Shown here in pieces: positions 9,327 to 19,372 of a stretch of DNA of 64,000 bases (its first letter is position 1; the number at the start of each line of letters is the position of its first letter). The translations under genes were made by a program, and so were the position numbers. The DNA lies in assembly GCA_943354835.1 (NCBI GenBank), contig CALRDH010000003.1, positions 104,496 through 168,495 on the forward strand. Direction: 5' to 3'. The notes beneath the pieces were generated by a model that saw only the letters and a list, made by a program, of their open reading frames with translations, did not search any database and was not told the DNA's origin. This stretch comes from a candidate division WWE3 bacterium. Lineage in GTDB: Bacteria > Patescibacteriota > WWE3 > 2-01-FULL-39-13.

Positions 9327-10150
9327 TTTAGTTTCATAAATGTTGCACTACCCAATAACGATTTCATCTGAACAATGGCTATTTCATTCAGTTGAATTAG
9401 ACGTTCTGGTTGTGACAATCCTTGGCGAATCAACTCGGCATTCATTCCTTCCAAATTGGCCAAAACCACAAGTTGAGTCACATCAGAATAATCACGGATG
9501 TTCCCTTCTTTGTTTGGATTTTCATCTCTCCACTCCTTTGCTGTTTTCCCAAATAAGGCGACATTGAGCACATCAGCTTCATTTGCGTACACCATATTTA
9601 CTTTGTTTTTAGAGATACTTTCAGGAATCAAGTGTTTTTTGATTGCATCTGTATGAATTTTGTAGTTAATCTTGGTAAGAGTCCGCTTTACATCCCAACC
9701 AAGTGCAAGTTTCTGGCTTTCCACTTCTTTGAGTCTTTGAAATTCCTTGATTAAATAAAGCTTAAACTCTGGCGAAAGCCATGTTGCAAATTCAAAAGCA
9801 ATGTCTTTGTGGGCATAGGTTCCACCATATCTACCTGCACTGGATTTGATACCAATTGCATCTGTTTGTTTAATCCAAAATGACGAAGAAACGATAAATC
9901 CATTTGATCCTGCCTCATTTCTAATCTTATTGAATTCCATAAGATTAAAATTAGAATTGTGAACTTGTTCCCAAGCACCCATAAATTGAATTGTGTACTT
10001 TGTTGAAAGCCAATTGGCAATGACCACTCCGCTATCATATGACTTGAACTTTGCCATATCCGTCAAAGAGATATAGTCCAGCTCATTATACTTAAGTGTG
10101 ACTACTTCAATACCTTGAACAATTATTTTTTGTGATTTTCGATTAGTCAT
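9323..10150 (-). CDS. KilA-N domain DNA-binding protein
   Basis: ...NELDYISLTDMAKFKS... and ...GGTYAHKDIAFEFATWLSPEFKLYLIKEF match the KilA-N/APSES-type pattern (pattern recall). A 4-nt overlap with the surface-protein gene start implies co-transcription. Confidence 0.6.
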   Translation of the reverse strand: MTNRKSQKIIVQGIEVVTLKYNELDYISLTDMAKFKSYDSGVVIANWLSTKYTIQFMGAWEQVHNSNFNLMEFNKIRNEAGSNGFIVSSSFWIKQTDAIGIKSSAGRYGGTYAHKDIAFEFATWLSPEFKLYLIKEFQRLKEVESQKLALGWDVKRTLTKINYKIHTDAIKKHLIPESISKNKVNMVYANEADVLNVALFGKTAKEWRDENPNKEGNIRDYSDVTQLVVLANLEGMNAELIRQGLSQPERLIQLNEIAIVQMKSLLGSATFMKLK

Positions 10151-11018
10151 AATTTTTAAACTGTTTTTGGTTTTCAGGTTCTTTCAGATAATTTTTACTC
10201 GAAACAACAGACCTACCAAGCCGTTTTTCAAGCTTTTTTCTTGCAACTCCCGCTATATCACCACCATCTTTTGCATCTTTTTGAAGTTTATCAAGACCTT
10301 TTGAATCTTCAGTTATGTGAATCTCTGTTGTTGCGCGCTCGCCAAGCATTGTAAAAATAAGTTCGAAATCATTCATATGATCACGAAGATTTTCTCTTTT
10401 CAAACCTTTCAGATTTTTATACTCGCTTGGAGTTATTCCAAACGTTGCTTTGGATATTTCGGCAGTTAAAATCTCGTAATCTTTTTGCTCCCGCGCACCT
10501 CGCTTTTGCCATTCATCTGTAAGCTCTTCCCTAATTGCAATTCCACGAACTCTTTTTTCGATCCAAGCATCAGAATAGCCCTTTGCTTTATACAAAGCCC
10601 TTGTTCTTTTTGTTGCAAGCTCAGGATCCTCGATTTCCTGAACTCTTTCATAACCAACTTTAGCCAACCATCTTTTAAAAGGTTCTGCCTTTGGGGAAGG
10701 GATAGATTGGATAATGCGGAAAATTCCTTCTGTATTAGAGCAATCAGTTTCACGCATCTTGCCATCGGATGCAACTAATTTCAACCGTACGATTTTTTCG
10801 TACACTTCAACTGCCCCCTCTTCTTTTAATTTAATTTTAAGATCACTCCAATAGCGCTTTGGAATATTACTATCAGTTAAGGCCTCTATCACATCAATCA
10901 CCGAAAACCACCACTCATTTTCGTGTATTATTTTTCTAATCTCTTTTCCTTTGAATATAGAAATTCGAGTATTTTCAATCATGCACCTTATATTAGAATA
11001 TGATTTATATCGAGACAA
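10143..11018 (-). CDS. Bro-N domain protein, DinD-like (DNA-damage-inducible protein D family)
   Basis: N-terminal ISIFKGKEIRKIIHENEWWFSVIDVIEALTDS is a Bro-N motif. The C-terminal ...KRWLAKVGYERVQEIEDPELA...KGYSDAWIEKRVRGIAIREELTDEW resembles DinD-family proteins (recall, not searched). Confidence 0.6.
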   Translation of the reverse strand: MSRYKSYSNIRCMIENTRISIFKGKEIRKIIHENEWWFSVIDVIEALTDSNIPKRYWSDLKIKLKEEGAVEVYEKIVRLKLVASDGKMRETDCSNTEGIFRIIQSIPSPKAEPFKRWLAKVGYERVQEIEDPELATKRTRALYKAKGYSDAWIEKRVRGIAIREELTDEWQKRGAREQKDYEILTAEISKATFGITPSEYKNLKGLKRENLRDHMNDFELIFTMLGERATTEIHITEDSKGLDKLQKDAKDGGDIAGVARKKLEKRLGRSVVSSKNYLKEPENQKQFKNYD

Positions 11019-11036
11019 GGATGACAGAAAGAGACA

Positions 11037-11669
11037 TTACGGGGCTATGCTATCTACAATCAACGAGCTCCACACTTCCATTTCACCTTTTATTAATTTC
11101 AATTCTTCTAATGTTTTCCACTCAAATCCTTCATGCGTATCTTCATTTCCTACTACGTCTTGTCCATCAAGTTCAACAATTACCACAATTCCTGCATGAA
11201 CTTTTCCAACAGGATTACTATTGTCACTTATCAGACCGATATATTCATTACCAATAACCTGCGAGTTTATTTTAAGTTCTTCTCTAATCTAACGCTCCAT
11301 CCAGCTGTCAAACGGCTTATTTTCAATATCTTCAGCCCTAACATGTCCTCCAAAGCCGATTAAACCCATACCATGGAGCCTACTTTCACCACCTTTGCTA
11401 GTTCTTCTTGCAAATAAAAATCTATCACCGCATTTTAGTAAGGGATATGTAATTAATTGTTTATATGCTTCATCGCATTCAAGTTGAGGATTTCTGGTTT
11501 TATATTGGCCGTTAGAAACGATAAGATTCTTGAGCTCCTCTTCCGTCATATGAATCAAACCCTCTTGGCCTTCTAAAGAATTTACAGGAATTACCAAGAT
11601 CTTTTCTGACAAATCCTCGGAGATTTCCACTAAAGAAATAACATTAGACATTCTCTTTAATCTCCTCAA
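11037..11669 (-). pseudogene. NUDIX hydrolase gene interrupted by an in-frame TAG at the catalytic Glu of the Nudix box
   Basis: The track ORF 11289..11669 ends ...GFGGHVRAEDIENKPFDSWMER*. The same frame continues IREELKINSQVIGNEYIGLISDNSNPVGKVHAGIVVIVELDG...SLIVDSIAP to a TAA at ~11037. Aligned to the Nudix box GX5EX7REUXEEXGU, the TAG (11289-11291) sits where the conserved Glu (GAG) should be: R-*-I-R-E-E-L-K-I versus R-E-L-Q-E-E-V-G-I of MutT. Confidence 0.55.
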
Positions 11670-12987
11670 TCTTCACTCTTATCTGCTTTGTTGTGTCTCT
11701 GTCTCTTATTGTTACTGTTCCGTCTTCTAGCGTTTGGTAATCGACTGTAATACATTTCGGAGTTCCTATCTCGTCTTGTGAATAGTAACGCTTTCCAACG
11801 TTTCCACGGTCATCCCACGCAACCACAAATCCAGCTTTTACAAGATTTTCATAAACCTCTTTGGCCTTTGCAACAACTTCTGGCTTATTTTTTACTAATG
11901 GAAAAACAGCAACGCGATAAGGTGCTATCCTTGGATCTAATTTTAAGACGACCCTATCACCATCTTCTGAATACGCGTTATCTAACATTGCATATAAAGT
12001 TCGGTTAATACCAATCGAGATTTCAATAACATTAGGCATAAATTCTTTGCCCGATTCATTGTCTTTATACATAAACTTCTCACCACTATATTCTTGATGA
12101 CGGCTTAAATCATAATCTCCACGATGATTTAATGGAGACAGTTCAAACCATTTTCCGCTTGATGATTCAAATTCAAAATCATTTTGGATTTTTGCATAGT
12201 GTGACATTTCCTCTTTTGGAATTTCCCTAAATCTAAATTTATCTCTTGGCATACCAAGCTCATTTACAAACCAATTGAGCATAAATTCTTTCCAAAATTC
12301 ATACCACTTCAAACCTTCATCAGGCTCGATAAAATATTCAAGCTCCATCTGCTCAAACTCCCGTGTTCTATATATAAAATCTTTAGTTGTAATTTCATTT
12401 CTAAATGCTTTACCAATCTGCGCAATACCAAAAGGTGGCCTTAGTCTCATCGATTGCATTACATTTAAATATTGAAGAAAAATTACTTGACAAGTTTCTC
12501 CACGAAGATACGCCTTTTCTTTAGTTTCATCAGTACTTCCAAGTTCTGCGGAAACCAAAAGATTAAATGATTTTAATTTCGTAAGTTCATTTCCATCAGG
12601 GCTTTTAATATTATTATCATCCAAAATCTTTTGCATTTCAGGGAAAGTCATCTTTGAAGTATCAACATTCAATTTTTCCTCGATTAAGTGATCAGCTCTA
12701 TATCTAACATGCGTTTTTTTATCTTCAACTAATGGATCATTAAACGATGCAACATGTCCACTTGCCTCCCATGTTTTTGGATGACAGAAAATTGCACCAT
12801 CAAGTCCAACGACATCAGTTTTAGTCTCAACAAAAGATTTCCACCATGAATTTTTAATATTCTTAAGCATTTGGGCGCCGAGTGGACCATAATCATAAGT
12901 CGAAGAAAATCCTCCATAAATTTCTGATGAAGGAAATACAAATCCGCGTCTTTTACAAAGTGAAATTATTTTTTGTGAGTTATCCAT
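11644..12987 (-). CDS. glyQS: Glycine--tRNA ligase, single-chain alpha2 type
   Basis: ...CKRRGFVFPSSEIYGGFSSTYDYGPLGAQMLKNIKNSWWKSFV... is the diagnostic class-II GlyRS N-terminus. 447 aa. Confidence 0.92.
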   Translation of the reverse strand: MDNSQKIISLCKRRGFVFPSSEIYGGFSSTYDYGPLGAQMLKNIKNSWWKSFVETKTDVVGLDGAIFCHPKTWEASGHVASFNDPLVEDKKTHVRYRADHLIEEKLNVDTSKMTFPEMQKILDDNNIKSPDGNELTKLKSFNLLVSAELGSTDETKEKAYLRGETCQVIFLQYLNVMQSMRLRPPFGIAQIGKAFRNEITTKDFIYRTREFEQMELEYFIEPDEGLKWYEFWKEFMLNWFVNELGMPRDKFRFREIPKEEMSHYAKIQNDFEFESSSGKWFELSPLNHRGDYDLSRHQEYSGEKFMYKDNESGKEFMPNVIEISIGINRTLYAMLDNAYSEDGDRVVLKLDPRIAPYRVAVFPLVKNKPEVVAKAKEVYENLVKAGFVVAWDDRGNVGKRYYSQDEIGTPKCITVDYQTLEDGTVTIRDRDTTKQIRVKIEEIKENV

Positions 12988-13018
12988 ATTGGGTAAATGA
13001 TATCAGTTTTATAGTATA

Positions 13019-13663
13019 GTGGGAACTGTGATGAATCAAAGATTTTTAAATACCGAAGGAATAATATTAAAACGAATAAATTATAAGGATGCAGACAAGA
13101 TCTTAACAATATATACAAAAGATGCAGGCAAAATTTCAGCAATTGCAAAAGGGATCAGAAAAATAAATTCAAAAAGGAAAAGCCATTTGGAACTCTTAAA
13201 TCATGTGAAAATGCATTTAATTAAAAGTGGCAATATGTACATAGTCGCGCAAACAGAAGTGATTTCAACGAACCCAATGATTCGTGGCGATCTAGAAAAA
13301 ACAACTCTCGCTTACTACATAACAGAAATATTCGAAAAAATAATTGTAGATGAAGATCAAAACGACATTCTATTTAATTTCCTTAAAAAAACATTAAAAA
13401 TCTTAAATGAGTCATCTGACATTACATTTGTGAATGGATTTAATTTGAAATTACTTAAGCTAACTGGTTTTTATAGTAAAGACAAAATTAAAACTTTCCC
13501 AAATGAAATCAAAGAATACTTTAAACAATTAGAAATAATGAAATATGAAGACGTTTTGAATATAAAGCCAGACTATATGCTCGCAAAAACATCGCATGAA
13601 ATACTAAAATCTCTAACAGAAGAGATCTTAGAAAAATCACTCAAAGTAAAGCTTTTTATCTGA
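13019..13663 (+). CDS. recO: DNA repair protein RecO
   Basis: GIILKRINYKDADKILTIYTKDAGKISAIAKGIRK is the RecO N-terminal OB-fold signature. The true start may be the ATG at ~13031 (MNQRF). Confidence 0.7.
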   Translation: MGTVMNQRFLNTEGIILKRINYKDADKILTIYTKDAGKISAIAKGIRKINSKRKSHLELLNHVKMHLIKSGNMYIVAQTEVISTNPMIRGDLEKTTLAYYITEIFEKIIVDEDQNDILFNFLKKTLKILNESSDITFVNGFNLKLLKLTGFYSKDKIKTFPNEIKEYFKQLEIMKYEDVLNIKPDYMLAKTSHEILKSLTEEILEKSLKVKLFI

Positions 13664-15634
13664 ATTCAAAAGTATCTTCTGGCTTACTCCATTTACGCCA
13701 ATCGTATAATCGTCAATGCTTGTTCCAGATTGTCTTTGAATTAAAACATTATAGTTGTCCATATTCACAGACTCTGGTAATTCATATGTGTACGTTATTG
13801 TTAAATCAGTTTCCTTTAACTGTCTTGTAAATGATTCAAAGAATGTTTTTTCAAGTTCCATATCAGCATATTCAGCTCCATTTGTTTCTTGGCCGTCAGA
13901 TGCTGTTATAGAAATCATCTTTGACCCGAGCGGAACATAGACTCTTAAATATGCATTATAGAAACAGCATGGATCGATATTGTACCAATCTGGTCTTTTT
14001 GGATTATGAACTGTTACCTCAACAGTTCCAATCTTTTTACCATCAACAATACTTACGTCCTTTTTAACTGATTGAGTTACAAAACCTTCCTTTGACCAAT
14101 CAGCCTTACCTGCTCCAAAATTACTTCTATTAACATGAAGATAGTCAAAACCTACTGGCGTTTTATCTACCTCGCCAGAGTATCCTAAGTTTTCAAAAGC
14201 TGTCTGTACCGGTACATCAAACGAATAAAGCAGAACATCTTTTTTACTTAATGAATCAAGCATTACTTTCGTTATATTCAAAAGATTTGTAGCCTCTGAT
14301 GTAAAAACTTTTTCAAGCATAGATTGACCAAGGAACTTAATAATCTCTTTGCGGCCAATCGTTTGTGCAAGCTTTCCACCTGCAATATTTTCGAGCTCAT
14401 TTATAACGTTCTCAGAATTAAATTCTGTGAAAGGAACCGTTATATAAGTGCCACTATCAGTTTTAATCGAATACTTTTCAGTATTAACGGCTCCTACAAC
14501 TCTTAACATATCAACAACGACATCGTTATTTATTTGAATAACTCCATCTATTTTTTGTGGAAGACTTCTATCCTTTCTCCAAAAACCTGTTAACAAATTA
14601 TCGGCAGCCTTTGGAAAATCAGGACTTATACTTGTCGCATCTCTTGCGTATAACCTATAAGTATTGCCTTTTAAATACAAATAATTCTGCAAGAAGTAAG
14701 GAACATTTCGATTAACGAGAAATGACGAACCTGTTCGATCACCTTCATCTATAAAATAGGTGTCGATTGAATATGTAATTTGAGGAATACCTTTGTTAAA
14801 TTCAACGGCTACTATGTATGTGTTGAATCCGCCTGACATTCGAAGCTCATAGTTATTTGCCATCAATATCAAATATTTTTTAGGTTCATTCAAACCCATA
14901 AATTGGGGGAATGCGTTAAACATTGCTTCAAATTGAGGTGCTTTATCAGAGACATCCTTTGTAACAGCCTGCAATGTAGAAATTTGAGATCTTAAATCTG
15001 TATTTGGATCAATACCAAAGTACTTAACAAAAAATGGAAGCGATTTTGGATATCTTGAAACATCAATTTGAGCTAATTCATCATTAATTTTTCCGATTTT
15101 TTCTGAAATTTCAGTTACCTTTGGTGAAAATTGAGGCATAAGGCTCATTAGCTTTACAACTCTTTCTTGTGCTGGAACGCTTTCCGGAACTACACCATTT
15201 GTTGAAAAACCAAGATCAGCTGCATATGGTTCTAATATTGTTACGGCAAGTTCACCAAGTTCAATACCTTGAGTAACTGTTGTTAATAAATGTTGACTAT
15301 CTTGATAATAAATTTCTGTATTTGGAAATTTTCTTATCAAAGACATATTGTCTTCGTAGACAGTTTCAAACTTAGTAACTCCTTTTTTAGTAATTTCAAG
15401 GCCTTCTTTTACTTCAGTAAAATTTAATTCACGAAGTCCAGTTGTAATTTGCGTTGCACTATTTTTTAAAACCTTTGCCTCATTAGCTATTGCTAAAACC
15501 GGTCTTATTAAAAGAAAGTAAACAATTACAAAAACAATAACAAAGAAAATAAGAATCCCGAGAATTATCTTTAAGAACAACTTGCCGTTAAAGGGAATCT
15601 TTGGTAGGGAAAATCTTTTTGGAAATTCAGGCAT
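13637..15634 (-). CDS. Membrane-anchored protein with a large extracytoplasmic domain (hypothetical); last gene of the minus-strand glycan operon
   Basis: 665 aa, with a single N-terminal TM (KIILGILIFFVIVFVIVYFLLI) and the rest predicted outside. No motif I can name confidently. Confidence 0.55.
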   Translation of the reverse strand: MPEFPKRFSLPKIPFNGKLFLKIILGILIFFVIVFVIVYFLLIRPVLAIANEAKVLKNSATQITTGLRELNFTEVKEGLEITKKGVTKFETVYEDNMSLIRKFPNTEIYYQDSQHLLTTVTQGIELGELAVTILEPYAADLGFSTNGVVPESVPAQERVVKLMSLMPQFSPKVTEISEKIGKINDELAQIDVSRYPKSLPFFVKYFGIDPNTDLRSQISTLQAVTKDVSDKAPQFEAMFNAFPQFMGLNEPKKYLILMANNYELRMSGGFNTYIVAVEFNKGIPQITYSIDTYFIDEGDRTGSSFLVNRNVPYFLQNYLYLKGNTYRLYARDATSISPDFPKAADNLLTGFWRKDRSLPQKIDGVIQINNDVVVDMLRVVGAVNTEKYSIKTDSGTYITVPFTEFNSENVINELENIAGGKLAQTIGRKEIIKFLGQSMLEKVFTSEATNLLNITKVMLDSLSKKDVLLYSFDVPVQTAFENLGYSGEVDKTPVGFDYLHVNRSNFGAGKADWSKEGFVTQSVKKDVSIVDGKKIGTVEVTVHNPKRPDWYNIDPCCFYNAYLRVYVPLGSKMISITASDGQETNGAEYADMELEKTFFESFTRQLKETDLTITYTYELPESVNMDNYNVLIQRQSGTSIDDYTIGVNGVSQKILLNSDKKLYFE

Positions 15635-15664
15635 AAAAAAAGAATATCATATCAACTATGTAAT

Positions 15665-16291
15665 TCAATACGCTCCTTCACCCTTTAATACTGCGAAAGG
15701 CGTCTTTAATAATATCACAATATCAAGCAAAATCGATTTCTTTTTCGCATAACTACATTCCAAATCAATTCTTTGATCAAAATTAATATTTGATCTTCCA
15801 CTAACTTGCCAAAGCCCAGTTATACCGGGCTTTACAGTAATCATGATATTTAACTTCTTTTCATTTTCTTTATTTCGACCTTTATATTCATCAAATTCGT
15901 CTGGTCTTAAAGCACGTGGACCAATAAAACTCATGTCGGAAAGAAGAACGTTAAAAACTTGGGGAAATTCATCTATAGAATATTTTCTGATGAATTTCCC
16001 GATTGGAGTTACCCTTGGGTCATCCTCAACTTTGTTATTCCCACTTCTCATCTTCTTGTACAATTCCTTGTTTTTAAAAAGAATGTCATCAGCATTTACA
16101 ACCATTGATCTAAATTTCCAAAACTCAAATAATTTACCGTTTAAACCGACTCTTTTGTGATGATAAAAAGGGAAATTCCCATCATATGCCCAAACAGCAA
16201 TCGCTGTAAACACAAAAACTGGTGAAAAAACAATCAAAAATATTGTAGCTAAAACTAAATCTATAGTGCGGTTTACTAGTTTTGATATCAT
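15665..16291 (-). CDS. Polyprenyl-phosphate hexose-1-phosphate transferase (monotopic priming phosphoglycosyltransferase, WbaP/PglC/EpsL family)
   Basis: 208 aa. Bacterial sugar-transferase hallmarks: a reentrant N-terminal helix, KFRSM, and DEFPQ...SFIGPRA motifs. Confidence 0.85.
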   Translation of the reverse strand: MISKLVNRTIDLVLATIFLIVFSPVFVFTAIAVWAYDGNFPFYHHKRVGLNGKLFEFWKFRSMVVNADDILFKNKELYKKMRSGNNKVEDDPRVTPIGKFIRKYSIDEFPQVFNVLLSDMSFIGPRALRPDEFDEYKGRNKENEKKLNIMITVKPGITGLWQVSGRSNINFDQRIDLECSYAKKKSILLDIVILLKTPFAVLKGEGAY

Positions 16292-16301
16292 ATTAATTCG
16301 A

Positions 16302-17459
16302 CTATTTTACAGACTCTTTGTAAGCTTGCAACGTCTGCTCTGCCATTTTTTTCCAAGAGAATCGTCTAACATTTTCATTTCCTTTTTTAATCAAGTCAGA
16401 TCTTAAATTTTCGTCAGTCAAGATTCTAGAAAGACATTCAGTTATTTCAATAACACTTTCAGGATTAAAATATAATACTGAATCTTTAAAAATTTCCTTA
16501 TGTGTTGATATATCTGATAGAACAACGGGGATAGAAAAAGCCTGCGCTTCAAGTGGAGTAATACTAAAACCTTCACTTAACGATGGAAATACATATGCTG
16601 CGGCATTTTTATATAAAATGGCTAAATCCTCTTCTTTAACATATTCGTTTTCAGAATACCTTGCAGGGAATATAACTTTGCCGTCTAACTTTAGTGCATG
16701 GGCAAAACCCGCAAGTCTTTGTGAAAAATTGTCTATCTTTCCTGCAATAACAAGATGTAAATTAGTCGCCGACTTTTCTAGAAAATCACGATAAGCAATC
16801 AAAAGTATATTCAAATTTTTATGAACGTATGAACTTCCAACATACAAAATATATTTGTTTGTGATTTTCATTTCTTCAAGTCTTACTGCAGAACTTTTTG
16901 AATCTGCTGGAGATAATTTTAATAGAGAATCATCAACGCCTTCATATGTAACAATTATTTTTTTCGAATCAAGACCACCATAAAAACTTAGGATATCGTT
17001 TTTAACAGTTTCTGAAGGAACAATAATCTTTACTGCTCTTCTTGTTGCAAAAATAGTTACCAATTTATATGCAATGTTTTTAAAAAAATATGATGGAGCA
17101 GGAAGTGTTGTAGCTTTTTTGCCGGAAAATTTATGCATGATTAAATCATGAATTGTTACTATCATTTTTCGATGGTACAAAATTGGAATATTAAAATGAG
17201 GAACGTGCAAAAGATCAAGTCTTGCCTGTATTAAATCACGCAGAAATAATGTTTGCTCTTCTGAAGAATATACTTTGTAATCTGAAATCCATTTTTTAAA
17301 TCTTGGATTTGCAGGCTTATACAGTTTGCTGCCGGCCCCGGTTACAAAAATTATATAGTCGTTTTCAACATCGATTTGTTCAAGCTCTTTGATTAAGTTG
17401 CGTATATACCGGCCGGGGCCGGCAGCCTCATAAAGTCTTGCGTCAATTCCTATTAGCAT
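16302..17459 (-). CDS. Glycosyltransferase family 4 (GT-B)
   Basis: 385 aa. The C-terminal SLSEGFSITPLEAQAFSIPVVLSDISTHKE is the GT4 EX7E region. Confidence 0.8.
   Translation of the reverse strand: MLIGIDARLYEAAGPGRYIRNLIKELEQIDVENDYIIFVTGAGSKLYKPANPRFKKWISDYKVYSSEEQTLFLRDLIQARLDLLHVPHFNIPILYHRKMIVTIHDLIMHKFSGKKATTLPAPSYFFKNIAYKLVTIFATRRAVKIIVPSETVKNDILSFYGGLDSKKIIVTYEGVDDSLLKLSPADSKSSAVRLEEMKITNKYILYVGSSYVHKNLNILLIAYRDFLEKSATNLHLVIAGKIDNFSQRLAGFAHALKLDGKVIFPARYSENEYVKEEDLAILYKNAAAYVFPSLSEGFSITPLEAQAFSIPVVLSDISTHKEIFKDSVLYFNPESVIEITECLSRILTDENLRSDLIKKGNENVRRFSWKKMAEQTLQAYKESVK
17328..17426. repeat. Perfect 14-bp GC-rich inverted repeat (GCTGCCGGCCCCGG ... CCGGGGCCGGCAGC) with a ~71-nt spacer inside the 5' coding region of the GT4 gene
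   Basis: Arm 1 at ~17328-17341 and arm 2 at ~17413-17426. Both lie in the first ~130 nt of the minus-strand GT4 ORF and encode FVTGAGS and EAAGPGR. Confidence 0.5.
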
Positions 17460-18330
17460 TTCTTATTTTTCCTAAAATTTCTATACCAAATAAAACAATG
17501 GATGTAACAAAACTTGGATATACATTTTTATAATGTTTCTCATAAAAAAGCTTCATTGCGCGAGTTGTTTCACTACTCATTTTAACTTTTGTTTCTTTTG
17601 AAGCAGTTGTAATATCTGTACTTTCTTTTCTTGTCCCAACACTTGCACCTTTATAATGAATTGCTTCAAACATTGGCAAATACATTATTTTATATCCAAC
17701 CTTTTTAACCCTAAAACAAAAATCAACATCTTCACCATATACAAAATAATCTTCGTCCCAAAGGCCAGTATATTCAAAAACAGATCTTCTAACCATCATA
17801 AAATGAGAAATACATAAATCAATTTCGTGAGGTTTTGTAAGATCTTTATCGCCTAAAAAATAGCTGTTAAATATTTTTGACTTTGGAAAAAGCTTTCCAA
17901 GTCCACTAAAATGAGAAATAGCGGTCCATGGCGTTGGAAAACCACGATGAGCATCTAAATCAATCTCTCCGTTTCTTAAAATAAGTTTACATGTTGCAAT
18001 TCCAATACTTTGATCATCCGCTAAAACACTGACCATACCATCTAATGTGCGCTCTTTTGGAAATGCATCGGATCCTAAAAACAAAACATAATTCCCTGCC
18101 GAATTTTTTAAGCCCACGTTATAGCCTTTTGCTAAACCGACATTTTCACCAGCAATAAGTTTAATACTTGGAAACTCCTGTTTAACCATTTCCGCCGAAT
18201 TGTCGCTTGATCCATTGTCAACAACAACAACCTCATAATCAAGATGAACACTTAAACTTTGTATGTTTTTAATGCAATCTCTAAGGATATCTTTAGTATT
18301 AAAATTTACGATGATGATGGACAAATCCAT
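17443..18330 (-). CDS. Glycosyltransferase family 2 (GT-A)
   Basis: MDLSIIIVNFNTKDIL...VVVVDNGSSD and ...YGEDVDFCFR are GT2 motifs. Confidence 0.85.
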   Translation of the reverse strand: MDLSIIIVNFNTKDILRDCIKNIQSLSVHLDYEVVVVDNGSSDNSAEMVKQEFPSIKLIAGENVGLAKGYNVGLKNSAGNYVLFLGSDAFPKERTLDGMVSVLADDQSIGIATCKLILRNGEIDLDAHRGFPTPWTAISHFSGLGKLFPKSKIFNSYFLGDKDLTKPHEIDLCISHFMMVRRSVFEYTGLWDEDYFVYGEDVDFCFRVKKVGYKIMYLPMFEAIHYKGASVGTRKESTDITTASKETKVKMSSETTRAMKLFYEKHYKNVYPSFVTSIVLFGIEILGKIRNANRN

Positions 18331-18346
18331 ATTAAAAATTAGTATA

Positions 18347-19343
18347 TCACCTAGGTTTGAGTATAGAGAAAATCTCCCGCATTAATTTTTTGCTGTCATG
18401 CCTTAACAAACTTCTTTTGACACGGTCACCTTTTATTGGATTTACTTCAACAGCTTTTAATAAGTCAGCGCGCATGACTCTGTTATCTTCTGCCAAATCG
18501 TCTAAAACCGCATATGACTTTTCTAGTTCATATTTTTGGAGTGAACTTTTTGGAAGTTTTTTATTGTTCATTAATATATAGTCAATTTTTCGACCTATAT
18601 ATTTTTCAATCTCGTAAACATAATCAGACGCTTTAAATCCATGCGTTTGTCCCCACTTCGAAACTATATTAGGTATAAATATAATTTTTGGCGTGCGATT
18701 TTTTGATGGCATCACTTACTCCATCAACAACAATATTGGCGAGTAAACTTGTATATAAATCTCCGGGACCCATAATTATATAGTCGGCTTCACTTATCGC
18801 CTCTTTAGATTTATCAAATATCTTTGCTTTTGGTTGTACCCAAAGTCGTGAAATTCGCATAGTCCCATCGTGTGAAGATTCAGGTTCATCAATCATAGAT
18901 TCGCCGAATGCAACGGACCCATTTTCATATTGCGCAATCAATTGGATATCATCAAAGGTTATAGGGAAAACTCTTCCTTGAATATTTAGAATTCTTGAAG
19001 CTTTTCTAAATGCTTCTTCTTCACTTCCTAATATTTCAGTTAAAGCTGTAATAAGTAAATTTCCAAAATTATGTCCTTCTAAACCAGGACCTCCTTTTGA
19101 AAATCTGTATTCAAAAAGTCTACGCAAAATGTTATTGCCATTACCATCTTCAGAAAGCGCAACCAAACATTGCCTAAAATCTCCGACAGGAAGTTTTCCA
19201 AATTCATCGCGCAAAACGCCAGTACTTCCACCGCTATCGGCAGACGACACAATCGCAGTTATATCAATATTTTCGATATGTTTTATGGCAGAAAGTACTG
19301 TATAAGTTCCAGTGCCTCCGCCGATTACAACTATTCGTTTCAT
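18347..19343 (-). pseudogene. YvcK/CofD-like (UPF0052, gluconeogenesis-factor family) gene split by a +1/-1 frameshift in a poly-A run
   Basis: ORF 18669..19388 (…MKRIVVIGGGTGTYTVLSA…GPGDLYTSLLANIVVDGVSDAIKKSHAKNYIYT*) and ORF 18347..18715 (MMPSKNRTPKIIFIPNIVSKWGQTHGFKASDYV…) are the N- and C-terminal parts of one YvcK-like protein in different frames. They overlap at ~18669-18715, where the coding strand reads GCCAAAAATTATATTT. The start is probably the MKRIVV Met at ~19343. Confidence 0.6.
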
Positions 19344-19372
19344 ATATAATTTAGTAGTATCATAAACTATAA

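Noticed and set aside
11289-11291. Possibility that TAG is a sense codon (pyrrolysine or alternative genetic code) explaining the NUDIX in-frame amber
   Set aside because: Other genes in the window terminate with TAG followed by intergenic or next-gene sequence (for example 34195-34197 and 52417-52419), and there are no Pyl machinery hints. Pseudogene or sequencing error is the simpler reading.
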